The notes: generated by a model not told the origin, from the sequence alone. DNA of 64,000 nt from Lama glama (GCA_028534125.1 JAPYYK010000086.1:3100001-3164000); one strand, 5' to 3'. Positions 26,585 through 40,752 are shown, numbered from the stretch's first letter. Made by a program: numbers and translations.

Positions 26585-27150
26585 CTGGAACGGAAGCACG
26601 GTCTTGGTGAGCAGCTCGGGCCGAAGCTGACCCCGGGAGCGGGAGAACATTCATTTCTGACCTAACACACGACCACACACTAGGCTGGGTTAGAGTAACC
26701 TTCGCACCGTCTGGTATCTGCCTCAAATGATTAGACACCGCCCAGTGGTTCCCGGAAGCATTAGTCCCTGATGCAGAAAACAAAGCAGGAACAAGTCAAC
26801 ATTCCCACCCACCGTTTGAGACGGTCCTTGTGCTATTCAAGGGATCATTCCATATATTTCAAAATATGATGCAAAAAGTACATTCAACAACATGGAAGGG
26901 TGTCTACAATATGACAGTAAAAAATGGTCAAACGATAGCATGGACTACATGATCCGCATTTTGTAAACAACACTTGTATCTCAAGGATACGCAGCAAATA
27001 TCAAACCATCACGAGTGGTTTTCTCTGGGTGGCGGGGTTACAGGTGGTTCTCATTTTCTTCTAGAGGTTGGTATTTGTGAGTATTGTCAAATTATTTCTG
27101 ATGAGCATGGATTAGTCATATAATAAAAAGTCATATAAAAATGAGAGCAC

Positions 27151-27298
27151 NNNNNNNNNNNNNNNNNNNNNNNNNNNNNNNNNNNNNNNNNNNNNNNNNN
27201 NNNNNNNNNNNNNNNNNNNNNNNNNNNNNNNNNNNNNNNNNNNNNNNNNNNNNNNNNNNNNNNNNNNNNNNNNNNNNNNNNNNNNNNNNNNNNNNNNN
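27151..27298. other. Assembly gap (148 N)
   Basis: Run of n. Confidence 0.99.
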
Positions 27299-29094
27299 CA
27301 AATGGCAGAAAACAGATGAGAAATTATCTTCAAAAGATGCTAAAGTCTGCTGTCTGGCTCGGGAACTCAGACCCTAACTGTCGGCATGCTGGCTGAGACT
27401 GGCAGAACTCAGCACTGGGTAAGGCGGAAAGGCTCGGTTAACCTGGGAGATTTGCATGGAAAAGGCCACTTGAATTGCATTCACCTCAGCTCAGGACTCA
27501 AATTTCACAGGCTCCCAAGTTCATAAAGAATTAAATGATCTTTTTTTTTTTTTTATCCAGAAGCTAAAACTGAAACATGTGAATGTAACTTTACTCAATC
27601 TTACATTTAACAAAATTCATCAGCACTCAACATTTAGGATGCCTAAAAAATGCATAAATGAATCAAAACTATTTCTTCGTGGGGGCAATTTTCCCAGTAA
27701 GATTGTAAGTGTCTATTGCAACACCCCTTAATTCAGATTGATTTTCACAGCACGGTCAGAAAGAGGGTCAACTCTGGCACAATTCTCCGAGGATTTTGTC
27801 AGTTTCCCTAATAGGTTCCTCTTTGAAAGCTCCCAATTCTTTTTTTTTCAATAGTTACTGGTCCTGACTCTGGCAAAACTTTACCTGCCTGCAGCACCTG
27901 CACGGAATCAAAGTAGTGCTTCGGCACCATGTTCATGGAATCTTGCATCTTTTGCAAGGTTTGAACTTCACATTGCAATCGATTTGCATTGTATTGTCAA
28001 ATGCGTAACATTCGGCAATCAGGGAGAGACCAACAGACAAGGATGGTGAAGCGATGGGCAGGGGAAGATGCTAGTGTTAAGTGAGGGAGATGTCTGAATG
28101 GGGGTTAATTATATAAGCACTTGGTTTGCAAATTAATGTTTTCACGTTCTGACAACTTGTGCTGTTCTGGGCAATCTCCTAACTCCAGGGACTCAAAACA
28201 ATAACTGAACAGATAATGAGGACCCTTTTAGCCATTGTCCAAGTCTTTAAAAAAGCATTACCTGAACTTATCTATTTTATTCCATTCCCCAAGAAGATGA
28301 ATAAGTCCAAGAAGAGCACTGGTGTGTTCCAGCAACCACAGATAATTTATTTAGTTTGAGCAGGAGAAAATCCAGTGTGTTCATATAGCTGTGGGTCTAC
28401 AATGCCCCTCCTCTTTCTAGAACATAGTAGGGTCAGGAACCAAAACTACCTTTGTTAAAGAACTGGTTCTGTTGTGATAAGGCTGAAATCCTTTCCTTGA
28501 CCTGCAAAGCCCTGCCCGCCCCCACCCCCAGTTGCATGGACTCCAACCTCGCTAACTTTCCTTTGGTCTTTGCATCATAGTCTCTCTTATAGGATGGTTT
28601 TTATATGTGCACTTTCTCTTCCTGCCATTCTGTTCTTTTAAAAAGTCCTACTGTTCCCTGGTCTTGGTTCAAATGTCACTGCGTTAGCAGTGCCTTCCTT
28701 GACGACCATCCCCAGTCCTCGGCAGCTTCCTCACCAGTGCCTTTCTTAGCACCACTCTCCTCTCCTCTGCACTGTTGGTCCCTCTCGCCATTTTACTTTC
28801 ATCTGCGTGGTGACTTGATTAAAGTCAGTCTCTCTTCCAACACTTGAGACTCTATAAAAGTAAAGACTATTTCTGGTTTTGGTCACCACTGTATCCCCTG
28901 TGTCTGGGGTGAGGCTGATGAATCAATCAGGGGACTTGTTTGTCTTTGGGTAACTCATCTAATCCCCAGAGATTCGTTTACTCCTTCTAATGGTAGTAAT
29001 GATTACAGTCATAACAGTAAGGACCATAACAGCAGCTCTCACCAGTCCACTGCTCACCACATGCCAGGCTCTGTTCTACGTGCTTTATGTACGT

Positions 29095-29630
29095 TGTTTT
29101 CCAAAGATGGCCATTACAGTATCAACTACCTCGCATGCTCTTCTTACAGTGTGTCCCTGACATGCCCCTCATGAAATGGTGGTCCACGTCCTCTCTCCTT
29201 GAACCTAAGTGGACATTTGTCGCTGCCTTGACCAACAGGACATGACAGAAGGGATGCCATGTGACTTCTGAAGCAAGGTCATGAAGGCAATAGAGCTTTG
29301 ACTCATCTCTGTCTAGACAGACTCTCGTTGGGACCCAGCCGCCATGTTGCGAGGAAGCCCAGACCACAGGGGGAGACTACGTGTAGATGTTTCAGGCAAC
29401 AAGTCCAGCTGAGGTCCCAGCTGTCAGTCTGCATCAGGTGCCCAACACGTGAGCAAGTGAGCAAGATTTTAAGGTAAGTCCAATCAGAACCACGATCTGA
29501 CTGCAACTGCATGAATGGACTTGAGCAAGAAACACCTTGCTGAGTCCAGTCAACCTCCAGAACAGCCAGGGAGAAAAAAATGATGGCTGCTGTAGTTGTC
29601 AGGTGGGCATAGATTAAGTGGAGCAATTTC
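29095..29630. mobile_element. MaLR (MLT1-like) solo LTR inserted into a MIR
   Basis: ccaaagatggcc...gccatgttgcgaggaagccc...ccagctgaggtcccagc; MIR halves lie on both sides. Confidence 0.6.
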
Positions 29631-29634
29631 AACT

Positions 29635-29810
29635 GGCTTAATCCTCACATCAACCCCATGAGGTAGGTGCTATTATTACACTACTTTACAAAATGGGAAA
29701 CTGGAGAAGTTAAGTAACTTTCCCAAGGTTACATGTTTCTAAGCAGCAGAGTCATGATTTGAACACAGGCACCGGCCTGAGATCACGTGCTTGATCCTTG
29801 TACCACCACA
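29635..29810 (-). mobile_element. MIR, right half (left half at about 29010-29094)
   Basis: ttaatcctcacatcaaccccatgaggtagg...aagttaagtaactttcccaagg. Confidence 0.6.
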
Positions 29811-30434
29811 CTGAGCTCAGAAAGGATCTGTGATTCTCAAACCACGGTCTACGTACCACCTGCGAGAAAAATCCCTTGGGGTGCTTGCTCAAAGATGTTA
29901 GTATTAAGATGTGTAAGTGTTTAACATCGTCTAGTTCTCATCACTCTCCCTTTCAAAACAGGGAGAGCACATCTCTTCATAGGTGCTAAGAACAAAAGAG
30001 TATAATCTAGCTAGAATTGAAAACGACTTGTATTTTGACTTGGCTCATTCTGATATAAAACTCCTCTCTCAGTCCTTATCACATTTGTTTATCGGCTGAT
30101 TCAAGAAGCTAAAAATCCCAAGGTGACGAAAAAAGATGGAGCTGTTATGCCCTTATTCTAAGCATTCTCTTTAACACGTATGGATTCCTTCAACAAGAGC
30201 AGAGGGGATTTTTCATAAAGAGATCTGTACATCAGTGAACCACCTTGAAAGACCATGGCTTTGTCACGAGCTTTCCTGGTCCCACATACATTACTGTGTT
30301 TGACAGTTCATTCACTTACACCAACATCTCCCTACGCCCAACCTGGGATTTTGTCTGACTCAAGGAGGCACTTCTGTGTGGGGGGACCACCTTAGGTCAG
30401 GCTAAAGATCACTTCTCTCAGCATCAGGCATTAC

Positions 30435-30619
30435 CTGCAGCCTCTCAATGATATTCCGGTAGTCTCTGGAGGCTGCCAGGACGGAGTCTCTGCGAGCTGC
30501 ATTGCGGGCCGTCAGCCGCCAGTTCATGGCAGTTTTCTGCACGATGTTGTGGGACTTGAGGAAGAGGTTGTTGACTTGGCTGTCCAGGTCCACAGGGATG
30601 GCAATGGCCCGGCTCTTGG
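30435..30619 (-). CDS. ITPR1: ITPR1 exon KSRAIAIP...IIERLQ (calmodulin-binding segment and PKA/PKG site RRDS)
   Basis: 185 nt; gtgcag| acceptor, CAG|gtaatg donor; phase 1/0. Confidence 0.96.
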
Positions 30620-30934
30620 CTGCACAGGACAGAAGGGACTCATGAGCCTACAGCTTTGATGGGAGGTGCCCTAGAGACAGACTTAACTCCCCCACCACCC
30701 ATCATCCATCAGGCAGGTTCTTCCATGATTGAAATGTGGGTGCGGATACAGAGAAGCTCAACTGAACTTTATCATCCGTTAGGTCAGGTTTTCCATCGCG
30801 AATCCTGAGGGGCAGCAGCGCTGAAGGCTGTAAAAATGCTCCAAGATCATATGGTTTAGGCAAGTCAAAGCTCAAGTCCAATGAGTTTCCTCAGTGAATG
30901 GCTTCTTAGGGTCTCAGATGTGCTCATATATTTC

Positions 30935-31044
30935 TGCGGGGTTTTGTTGGGGGGAAGGTAATTAGGTTTATCTATAGTTAACGGTGGCACTGTGGATTGA
31001 ACCCAGGACCTCGTGCATGCTAAGCACGTGAGCTATACCCACCC
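30935..31044 (-). mobile_element. tRNA-derived SINE, Vic-1-like, with a short internal deletion
   Basis: ggattgaacccaggacctcgtgcatgctaagcacg-tgagctataccc; lacks ctctaccac relative to the other copies. Confidence 0.8.
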
Positions 31045-31261
31045 GCTACATATTTTAAAAATTGTCAAGACAGGGGACTCGCTGGGCCAATACTGTTTTT
31101 CCTAAAATTCTCAAGCTTGTATTCTATCAACAATCTACAAAATGCTATCTTAAGCCAAACACAGCACGAAAGATACCGTTTATAATGACCTAAGGTCTTC
31201 TTTCCATACAGGCAGTTTCTCTTTTAACCCCCTTAAAAAAGGGATGAGTCCAGTCTCATTA

Positions 31262-31675
31262 TGTGAAACACGTCAGTCACATCCACAACGGGGGACATTC
31301 TACTGGACACCTGACCAGTACTCCTCAAAACTGTCAAGGCCATAGAAAATAAGCAAAGTCTGAGAAACCGTCACAGACCGGAGGAGACCGGGGAAGCAAA
31401 AACACTGAAAGCCATGTAGATGCCTTCGCTGAATCCTGGAGTAGAAAAAAGGGCATCAGTGGGAAAAGTGGTGAAACCCAAATCAAGTCTGGACGTTCAG
31501 TTCACAACAGACCAATGTCAGTTTCTAGTTTTGGCAAACATACCTGGAAACGTAAGAAGGTGACAGTGGTGGGGGGAACTGGGTGAGGGGTATGTGGGAA
31601 CTCTGTTATCCTGGCAACTTTGCAACTTTCTTATAAATCTAAAATTAATCCAAACTAAAAAGTTGATTTAAAAAA
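31262..31675 (+). mobile_element. L1MC-like 3' UTR fragment
   Basis: gggacattctac...tgaccagtactcctcaaaactgtcaagg...gcaacttttcttataaatctaaaatt-like 3' end. Confidence 0.6.
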
Positions 31676-32943
31676 AGGAAGATAACTAGACTAACAATTC
31701 TTTAGCCCGTGTGCGAAATCCAACACTATCCAAAAAGCAAGACGACTATTCCCTGTCTTCAAAGCTTCCAACCAGTAGAAGCAGAAAAGTGCTGGGGTTA
31801 ATGGGTGGTGAGGTTTTCATGCCCTGCTGCTTCACAGATGTCAGCTCTCCCTGTCTTTTCTCATCAGTGCCAAATCTATTAAAACATCTCATCTCTCTGA
31901 TGATTACTGAGCTAGTCAACGCAGCAACGTGCTCAAATTTGCATCGCCAACCTCAAGACGCATGGTCGTCTGTGGACAGGGCAGAGGTTTACCTGGGGAT
32001 TCCGTCCTGGAGCCCCATTTGTGAGAGACCACGTCAGGACCCTACAGTCTGTCATGGACACACTTTCAAAAGCCTTTATCTCTTATTGTGAAGTAGTGCC
32101 ACGTAAATAATGAAAAGACACAAATACCTATCATATGAGTGGGAAGGAAATCAGGCAGGGACACGGGACTCAGGCGATAAGCCCTAAAAACACCCTCTAT
32201 ACCTGCCGGACAGCTGCTCAACAGCGCCAGGAAGCCCATTTGTCTCTTCTGGTGTCTACAGGGCTCTACGTAGCTAATAGAGGCAGGTAATCTTCTCAGT
32301 TCAGGCAGGAAGATTATCCTTTGCATAGCAGGTACCAGGGGTGGGAGGGGGCGGAACAGGGCCAAGCAACAGAGTCTGACGGAGTCAGGGTGCAGGGAGC
32401 AGTAACGTCCTAACTCCCTTCCAAAGGGGCCTTGGAGAGGTGATTCGTGAGGGGAGGGGAGGAGGGGCTGGAGAAAGGGTCATCACCGAGAGGGAAATGG
32501 AGAGGTGCACCATTTCTGAGAAAGTGCGGTCCACGGGGTTGGACATGTGCTTTGCAGGGGGAGAAAAAAAAAGCTTCCAGACGGTCAAATATGTTTCCCG
32601 GATTAAACAAATTCTTTTCTTGAAGGAGGGGTTTCCCAGGGCCTTGAATAAACTTGCGTGCACTGTGCCTTGCCAAGGGTTGCCTAACATCTCACGGTGG
32701 AATCTTGTTTTTCAAAGCCTGTCTTTCTCTGGGCCTTGCTGGCCCTGAACTGTGGGAGGTGTTGGCTTGGCCAGATGAAAGCGAGGTTTAAGAGCCAAGA
32801 TCTCAGCCCCAGCTCTGGTTCTGCAGCCTTCTGTGAGCGGAACCTCAGGAGAGCTGTAGCAAGGGCTCCACCAAGGGTAGCCTTTACCAACACCGGGCAA
32901 TGCTTTTTCATCGTGGTAAATCCCTACTGGGCTGGTGCCTTAC

Positions 32944-33064
32944 CGACGTCGGAGAGCACCCGGATGCAGCTCTCCACTGAGGCCTTCTGGCTCGGCATCA
33001 GCCAGTTGCAGTGGTAAACCCTGAACACACCTTGCAGCAGCTGCACGAAGACCGGCTGGCGAGT
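32944..33064 (-). CDS. ITPR1: ITPR1 exon TRQPVFVQ...RVLSDV(A)
   Basis: 121 nt; cttgcag| acceptor, G|gtaagg donor; phase 0/1. Confidence 0.95.
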
Positions 33065-34080
33065 CTGCAAGAAAGAGAGGCCCAGAGAGAGGCGACGTGA
33101 AGACTTTTAGCCGTGAGTTACCAACACGCTGGTCAGAAACAGACATCACCGCGAACCACGGGCTCACGGACCCTTCAGCAAGAGTGGGGAGGGGTGACAG
33201 GGTGATGAACTTCATTCCAGAAGCTGCAGAGCCAAGCGAGAAAAAGTCAGAAGCATTTTAAGGCAAGGCACAAACTCGATGCTATCTCAGTCTGACCACC
33301 AGAAGGAGCCGTGGCATCGCAGCCTGAAAACCGGTATTCTTGTCTGGTTACCCCCTGGCTCTGTGGCCGTAGACAAATTACTTCATTTCTCCAAGCTTCA
33401 ATTTCGTGCTATACACAAAATACGTGGGTCGAGGCCGACTGATCCCCAAAGTTGTTTCCAGATGTTATGTCTTATGTTTTTCATCAGCATAAACAAGCTG
33501 GTAAGGATCTCACCTAGGATGTCCCTAACTTCTTTATTTCTGGCAGTGTCTTCAATGGTAGAAGGAGAAGACAGCTCTGACGGTTACTCTTTCTAACTGT
33601 TTACTTACTACAGATGAGAACTTGGCAGTTAACTGCAGAGAAGGGTTTGTTCCCTTCTAAGATGGTATCAATTTGTACTCATTCTAAAATAAAAGAACTC
33701 CAACGTCCACTTAATCAATTTGACCATGCCTTTTGGAGTGCATTTCAAAGTTATAATTTTGGTCTCCATCCCAAACTGCCTGGATCAGGGTAGCTTTAGG
33801 CCTGCAAGGCAAAGATCACTGTGTGCGGTGAGCTACTCCACCGCGCTCTAATTTTTAGGAGAAAGTACCTGCAAATCCCCTCCAAAAGAACAGAAGTCCA
33901 TACAGCAAAGAAGAAAAGTGCTGAAAAACTAGAGAAGTTTCTGAGATGAAAGAAAAACAACTGAAAGTGCCAGGGGAAAAAGGAGGTTTACTGTAAGAAA
34001 TTGAAACAGGTTAATAAAAGTCCAGACCTTCCCCTCTAAACACTGTTCAGATAATTTTACTTATTAAGTGCCACACACTT

Positions 34081-34226
34081 NNNNNNNNNNNNNNNNNNNN
34101 NNNNNNNNNNNNNNNNNNNNNNNNNNNNNNNNNNNNNNNNNNNNNNNNNNNNNNNNNNNNNNNNNNNNNNNNNNNNNNNNNNNNNNNNNNNNNNNNNNNN
34201 NNNNNNNNNNNNNNNNNNNNNNNNNN
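34081..34226. other. Assembly gap (146 N)
   Basis: Run of n. Confidence 0.99.
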
Positions 34227-34854
34227 AAATAAGACACAGGCTTTTCAACAGATAAATTAAGGCAGGTTATGACACCTTGAAAAACAGTATGCCTTGAAAA
34301 TAAATGTTCTCAAAATCCAGCTTGGACTTTGTATATTAAATAATGCCCAGACAACCTGGGCCTTGTTAGGGACTTACAACATTTACGTTGAAGCCTTATT
34401 TCTCTGACAATTCCTGCTTATTACTTGGGGCAAAATTGGTTTCAGAGCAAGGAAGTGGAAAGAGAGAGCCAAACACACAAATTTCCTGTTTAAGGGTCTC
34501 CAATTAGCTTGACTGATATACTCTGACATGTGGTTTTGCCAGACTGTTTCACAACCTATAGGAGAGTGGGCATTGCCGTAGTGACGGTCACTTTCAATTA
34601 CAAGAGAAGCAAGTCCAGCCTCACTAACCAAAGCAGCTGGCTCTGAGGAGAGCAGCACCTCGTAAGGAGCACATTCTGGCCTCCAGCAACACATGGGCTT
34701 GGGATGCAACAAGTTCCTCTTCCCCAGTTCCTCAAGAACAATATACCTTCTAAAGGTGGCATTCTAACTATAAAAGCTAGCAGTTAAGCTAAGAAGAAGG
34801 TTACCAACAGTCTCTGGGAAAACATACCTCACTAAAAATTCTGTAATTCAAATT

Positions 34855-35050
34855 TTAGAGTCAGACACAACTGGGTTGAAATCATGGTTTTGCCACTTAA
34901 TAACTGTGACCATGGCTGAGCATGGTAATGAAATCCTCTGAGCCTCAGTTTACTCAGCTGCAAAGTGGGGATAAAACCATATATACTAAGCTAATGTGAA
35001 CTCCTTTGCACAGCTAATGGAATACAGCAGCATCTAATAAATGTACCAGT
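34855..35050 (+). mobile_element. MIR fragment
   Basis: ctctgagcctcagtttactcagctgcaaagtggggata core. Confidence 0.55.
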
Positions 35051-35910
35051 GATATTATAATCATAATGAATCACTCGTCTCTTGGAGAATTTACCTTAAT
35101 TAAGATTATTTGTCTGTAATCCAACCACATTGGGCCACCCATCCATCCCAGGACAGCCTCCATCTATTTGCATGATAAGGATGGCAACTACTTCTCTTCT
35201 GGCCACGGGAGACCAAGTCCCGCTTTCATTTTGCAGGCTGTATACATGGTCCTGCAGCAAGTGACCCAGACCAAAGTTATAAAAAGAAGAGTGGTTTTTC
35301 CAAGTAAAAGAATAAGGAAAACATATCCTAGATTCATGGATTCAAATCTCTGAAACTCTCAGTCCACTGAGAATCACCACGCAGGGCTGCTACACTGTAC
35401 AACTCCAGGGGGCGCCATGAACGCGGGATTCCACGTGATCGGCGCCTGCAGGGGCTGGTAGCAGCCTTGCTCTCAAGGCTAAATGGCTTCTCATTCCTAC
35501 AAGTACCCCTTCTGATGAACTCTTGGCACACACTTGGAGTTAAAATGGAGATTTCCAGATATATATATATATATTTTAAGCGTTAATAGCATGCTAGCAT
35601 TTATTTGAAAGCTGCTTCTCTTTCTAAGATTGAAGGTGAGGAATCAAGAAGACTGAGGAGGAGAAAAAAAGACAGCGGCATTTGAAGGAGAAAATCAACA
35701 ACCAATGGAACCACTTGGTACAGAAAAATATCCTCAGGTACTTCATCATCCGAGGGACCCTGTAAAAACCGTTCCGCACAAGGAGAAAAGCATCGTGCAT
35801 GAATGCTTTGCAGAACAGCTCACCTCCAACCACTAACTCCCAAATCAGCACCCACGCCAACTGCTCAAGATCTACTGGGAACACCCTGCGCCTATGTTTG
35901 TATTCCTTAC

Positions 35911-36039
35911 CTGCAAAGTCGTGCTCTGGTCTGAGAAGGGAGAACTGAAGAATGTCGTCACGATACTCATGACAATTTCGGTGACGTACTTCTCCAAAAT
36001 CGAGTCTGCGTGTTTCCTGTCACTGGTGTTGTTACAGGC
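35911..36039 (-). CDS. ITPR1: ITPR1 exon ACNNTSDR...QSTTLQ
   Basis: 129 nt; cctccag| acceptor, CAG|gtaagg donor. Confidence 0.95.
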
Positions 36040-36874
36040 CTGGAGGACAATTGGACGCTTTAGACACTATACCTCAACCCGCACGTCAGCTGTTAAATTA
36101 AGAAATCTGTGACACTTTCCGCTAGTGAACCTTAACAAAGGAAAGGTAAACGCCTGCAGGTCAGTAATTGTCTCCTGAAGAGACAGCAACGATGAAAAAT
36201 AAACTGTGGAAAAAGAGAAGCAGACCAGCTTGGATAACACAGTCCAGAACCGCAAAATGTTAAACCCGGCCTGGGACCTACAAGGCCGTCACTTCCAAAT
36301 CCCTTCCCACTGGCGGCAAGTCTGAAACCCCAAGAGGCAGTAACAGGCACAATGACTCCAACTGTTCTTATTTTCCCTAAAAGGAAACCGTCCTGGTGAT
36401 GAAGCCATTCATCTCTCTGCTCGAGGCCACGGTTTCCTAACACGTATAATCAAGATCTCAAATCAAATACTATCCACTGAGCGTGACAGCCTCCAACCCT
36501 ACAGGACTCCTCCATTCAATAAAGTTTTCACTGGTGCGCAGTGCAGACGGCGGGCCGTGACTCAGGATAACCGACTGTGTTAAGTCCTGGGGTGAAAAGA
36601 GACTTCAGATTTCACTGTACACTTAACTTGGCTGCTGAGAATAAGATTAGACAGAAGAAAAGGTTTTAAAAATTCATTTTTAAGATCAAATTTTATTACC
36701 AAATTCTATAGTCCTATAATTTGAGATATAAAGTTTTTTCAAATAAAAAATTATGACATAAAGGGTAAAACAGTCAAATTTTACTATCATGTTCTGAGCT
36801 CAAGGTTGAGCCGTCTATAGACACATCCAGAAAAGAAGTTAGTAACTGATCTTACAGCATTTTTGAACAATTTC

Positions 36875-37081
36875 AGGCAGCAGTCAGCAAAGTTAAGCAC
36901 CGGCAGCTGTTTTTATAAATAAAGTTTTATTGGAACCCAGCCATGCCCATTTGTTTACATGCTGTCATGGCAGCTCTCATGCTACCAGGGCAGAGCTGAG
37001 TAGCTGTGACATACACCGGATGGCCCACAAAGCCAAACATTTACCATCTGGCCCCTTTACAAAAAGCTTTGCAGAGTCCTG
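36875..37081. mobile_element. MER58A-like hAT DNA transposon relic
   Basis: aaataaagttttattggaacccagccatgcccatttgtttac...tttaccatctggcccctttaca. Confidence 0.7.
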
Positions 37082-37970
37082 CTTTAAAGAAACAAAGTAG
37101 GCCTTCCATTCCAAGGCCCAAACCTCAGATTTACAGGATTAAAAGACTAGGATGAATCTGAGATTAAAATATATGTATATTTAAATTACACATAGATCTC
37201 TATGACACTAACACATGAGTATCATTAAACACAGTCTTTGGGTCGAAGTTCTTGCAGGCTCTTTGTCTCACACTGGTAATTGTATAATCAGGCAGAAAAT
37301 ACTACATTCTAGGATTCTACAATGCACCCCACTTTTTTTTCCTTTTTAACATCACAACAGTTCTGAAATTGGGATTCATGTCACAGTTATTCTGTTATTC
37401 TCTGGGAAGAGCTATGTTACTTTTCCCCCTGAAGACCCTCAACTCTACCACCACAAAACCTCTATTAAATCCACGATGTGCCCTGGTAGGTAGCCGTCTG
37501 ACGGCTTTGGAATGAGTATCAAGTTCAGGGCAAAACCAAATCAAGAGGACAGAAGGCCACCCCAACAACCGGGTCAGGAAGGAAACAGATGCAAAGCTGA
37601 ATCCTCAACACCAGACGGTGGGAGATAAATGCTCAGACTAAGGAAGGTGTCCTTGGAGGACAGATGTATTGTCAAAGCAAAGAAAACTTTATAAATTTGA
37701 TTTTAACATGTCCTAGGTTATCATCCACAAATCAATCCATAAAGGATGAAATGAAAACCAGAAATAACCTCTCTTCCCTGAAGCCTGATGAATCAAATCT
37801 ATTCTCAGGTAGAGAAAAAGGAGGCGTGTGGACAGGTTAGCGCCTCGGATCCCCCGGGCACCACGAACTGGCGAGTTGAAATCACACGACTGCTGACCTG
37901 ACGTTGGCACAGGGAGACCCAGACACACACGCACACCTTAACCCTGCCTCTGAGTTCCAGAAAGCCTTAC

Positions 37971-38096
37971 CCTGCAGATGTCGACAAGGAAGTTCTCAAA
38001 CAATTTCCACATGTGATTGCTGGTATAAATCTCCTTCATTTCCACCTCGGTGTCCACGTAGCAGTGATTCAGGAAGTTGATGTAGGCAATTTTAAC
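37971..38096 (-). CDS. ITPR1: ITPR1 exon VKIAYINF...FLVDICR
   Basis: 126 nt; cttccag| acceptor, AGG|gtaagg donor. Confidence 0.95.
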
Positions 38097-38621
38097 CTGG
38101 AAGAGAGAAACAGGCTTTCCTGAAAAACCACCTTAGTGTGTGTGGGATCCTTTAGTCCCCTTATGTCAACAGTGATGAGGACAAACCAAGATGGTCAATT
38201 CCCTTTTCCCCTGCCCGCTTCCATTGCTACGATTTTTTGATATTCAAAAGTCACAATTGTAAAATTCAAAAACAAAGCTTTTGGAAGAGAATGTGTTCAT
38301 GACTTCAAGGTAGAGAGTGAAACAAAACACTCTGGTCACAGAAGAGAAGATGCACATGTTTGACAACATTAAAATTAAGAATTTCTGTTCACAAAACAGC
38401 ACTGTTAGGAGACAAGCAAAGACTAACTTCCTCCCACCTTCATCTCGCACAAAATCAATGCTCAAGAAGATGATGTTTCAGTCACATGAATTCTCACTAC
38501 AAATAAGCTGCACGTCGCATCTGGGTCAGTCACCAGGGAGCCTCCCATCCAGCCACGGCCCCACACACCACGTGGAGACACACGAGCAGGGCCCACCCAT
38601 CCCAGGGATCTGGTCGCTCAC

Positions 38622-38873
38622 CTCGGGGATGCAGTCCTCGTGGGTCACGACGCGGACAATGTCATCCAGTGGGAGCAGGGAGTTGCACTTGATCTCTGTG
38701 TAGACGTTCTTGCCCTCTGTGCACACGGCCAAGAGCTCGACCAGGTGGATGTGGTACATGAGAGGGCTGTTCTCATCCATTCGGTCCCGCTCCGACCGCA
38801 TCATCTGGATCAGAGTCTGGAAGGACGCTCTGTCATTGTAGAACACGAGGACGTCCTCTCCTGAATTAACCAG
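38622..38873 (-). CDS. ITPR1: ITPR1 exon LVNSGEDV...HEDCIPE (contains the Bcl-2-binding segment [20 protein letters not shown])
   Basis: 252 nt; ttatag| acceptor, GAG|gtgagc donor. Confidence 0.96.
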
Positions 38874-40551
38874 CTATAATAAATCAAAGAGCAAGACTTG
38901 TTTATATTACAAGCTTCCAGAGATGTGGGAAGCATTAAAAAAAAAATCTATTCACAGAGAAAGAGATGTTTTGTTAGCATCTACCTTCCAAAACCAGTAA
39001 CACTTGTATTGCTGATCTCATCTAGATTTCATTTATTTCTATTAGTGAACAACTAAAAACCTTCAGCAGCATCGTTTTAACTCATAGATATAAAAATGTC
39101 ACAGCAAGGAGGAGAAAGTCTGCAAACAATCATTTATGTATCAAGGGGAAAATGTAGATTGCAAGCTTGTCCTTGTATTTCCAAACTAATAATTAGGCTA
39201 TGATTTTTCTTTATAAAAGTGTTTCCATCTTCTTTTCACACTTTATAAGTATTCTTACAACTCTTTCACACACTGCCTTATGTCTTCACAAGCACAAAAT
39301 CATCCAGGTCTGATTAAGACACACTTTCCTTCAACATTCAAACAGGCAAGGCATTCCTACTGGTAACTTGCCCCCCCCCCCAGGACGGGGGCTTCTCATA
39401 AATCTACTTAAGAAAGCTGATCAATTTTAGCACTGCATGAACTACAAAAGATCCAAAAAGGGCTGGCACCGAAGTGAGAATAAATATGGTCAGTAGTACT
39501 TAAAAACCACCAGCTTGTATGAAGTCTGGTTATGTGCCAGATACCATGATAAACACTTTAGATGGATTACTTAACCTCACTGTGCCAAGGATTTTCTATA
39601 AAACTGAAGACACAAATGATACCTAACCTATGGAGCTGTCACGTAAACAAATGGCTATATGTAAGAGGCTCAGAACAGTGCCTGGAGTTGCACAGCAGAT
39701 GTGGAGTAAATGTTAGCCATTACTGTCATCATAACCTCACTTAATCTGCTTATCAGCTCACCTGAGCCCTGCTATGCCTTCACTTACAGAAACCCACACT
39801 GAGGGTTTGAAGTCGAGGAACATGTCCCAAATCCCACGGCCAGTGACATGGCACAGCCGACGTTCATGTTCCAGGTCGAACCAACTGCGTTAATGACGCT
39901 ACACCACCTTCCACTGGAATCATGTATGTACATAGGATTATAAATCCAAGTATTAGGTGGCTTCACTTGAGATTGCATTTTTTTTTTTAAGGTGGAAAGA
40001 TGAAACCAAGCATACATGGAAGCCAGCGTCATGGGCGTGACAGAGGACCCTTCCTGGTCTGACAGCATCCACCAGACACCGTCTGATGTCCCACAGAGAA
40101 CCAAGGGGAACTTTACCCCAATTCCACTGGCCAGCTTCTCCTTGTGAACCATCAAGCAACGATTTTTCTAGCTAATTAATTAGGTGGATAATTAAAGAAA
40201 AAGTCACAGAATCCAAAAGAAGGGAGGCTGCTCTGGTTCACAGGATTCTATCCACATTTAATCTCCATTCACTGCATTTTGGTGCAGTATTTCGGGGGTG
40301 TTCTTCCCGCTCAGAAGAATCCAAGTCAATAATCCTTAAAACAAATAGATATATTGCTGTGACAAACTAAATCAGACTCTTGCCTGTATCTACAGTTTAT
40401 ACTCACAAACACAAGAACACACACTCACAATTACTTTTTGTCCCTTCCTATGGCTCCTGGAGAGGGTGCCAGCTCAGACAGATAAGATTAAACAATTTTT
40501 AAGTTTCTACAGAAAACCAGATGAAGGTATATAGAAATACACAGTTGTCAC

Positions 40552-40752
40552 CTCAGCCATGACCATGTCTTGGCACTTTTTAATGAATTTGCCTTCTGCC
40601 TTGACGATCGTCTGCAAGAATTTTATGTACTGGACGTTTCGACCGTGAGTCTCAATGCAGTGAACGAAGTGCTGGACGACCCTCTCGTTGATCTCACTGC
40701 ACAGCTGGAAATTGTTCATGAAGATGTGCTGCATGGTAACCGCCTCCAGGAT
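40552..40752 (-). CDS. ITPR1: ITPR1 exon ILEAVTMQ...DMVMAE
   Basis: 201 nt; tgccag| acceptor, GAG|gtgaca donor. Confidence 0.96.

Noticed and set aside
26160-26630. Plus-strand ORFs antisense to exons (also 52359, 55326, 61222)
   Set aside because: Shadow ORFs of GC-rich coding sequence with no independent support
27151-34226. Assembly gaps hiding exons
   Set aside because: The protein is continuous across both gap-containing introns, so no constitutive exon is missing
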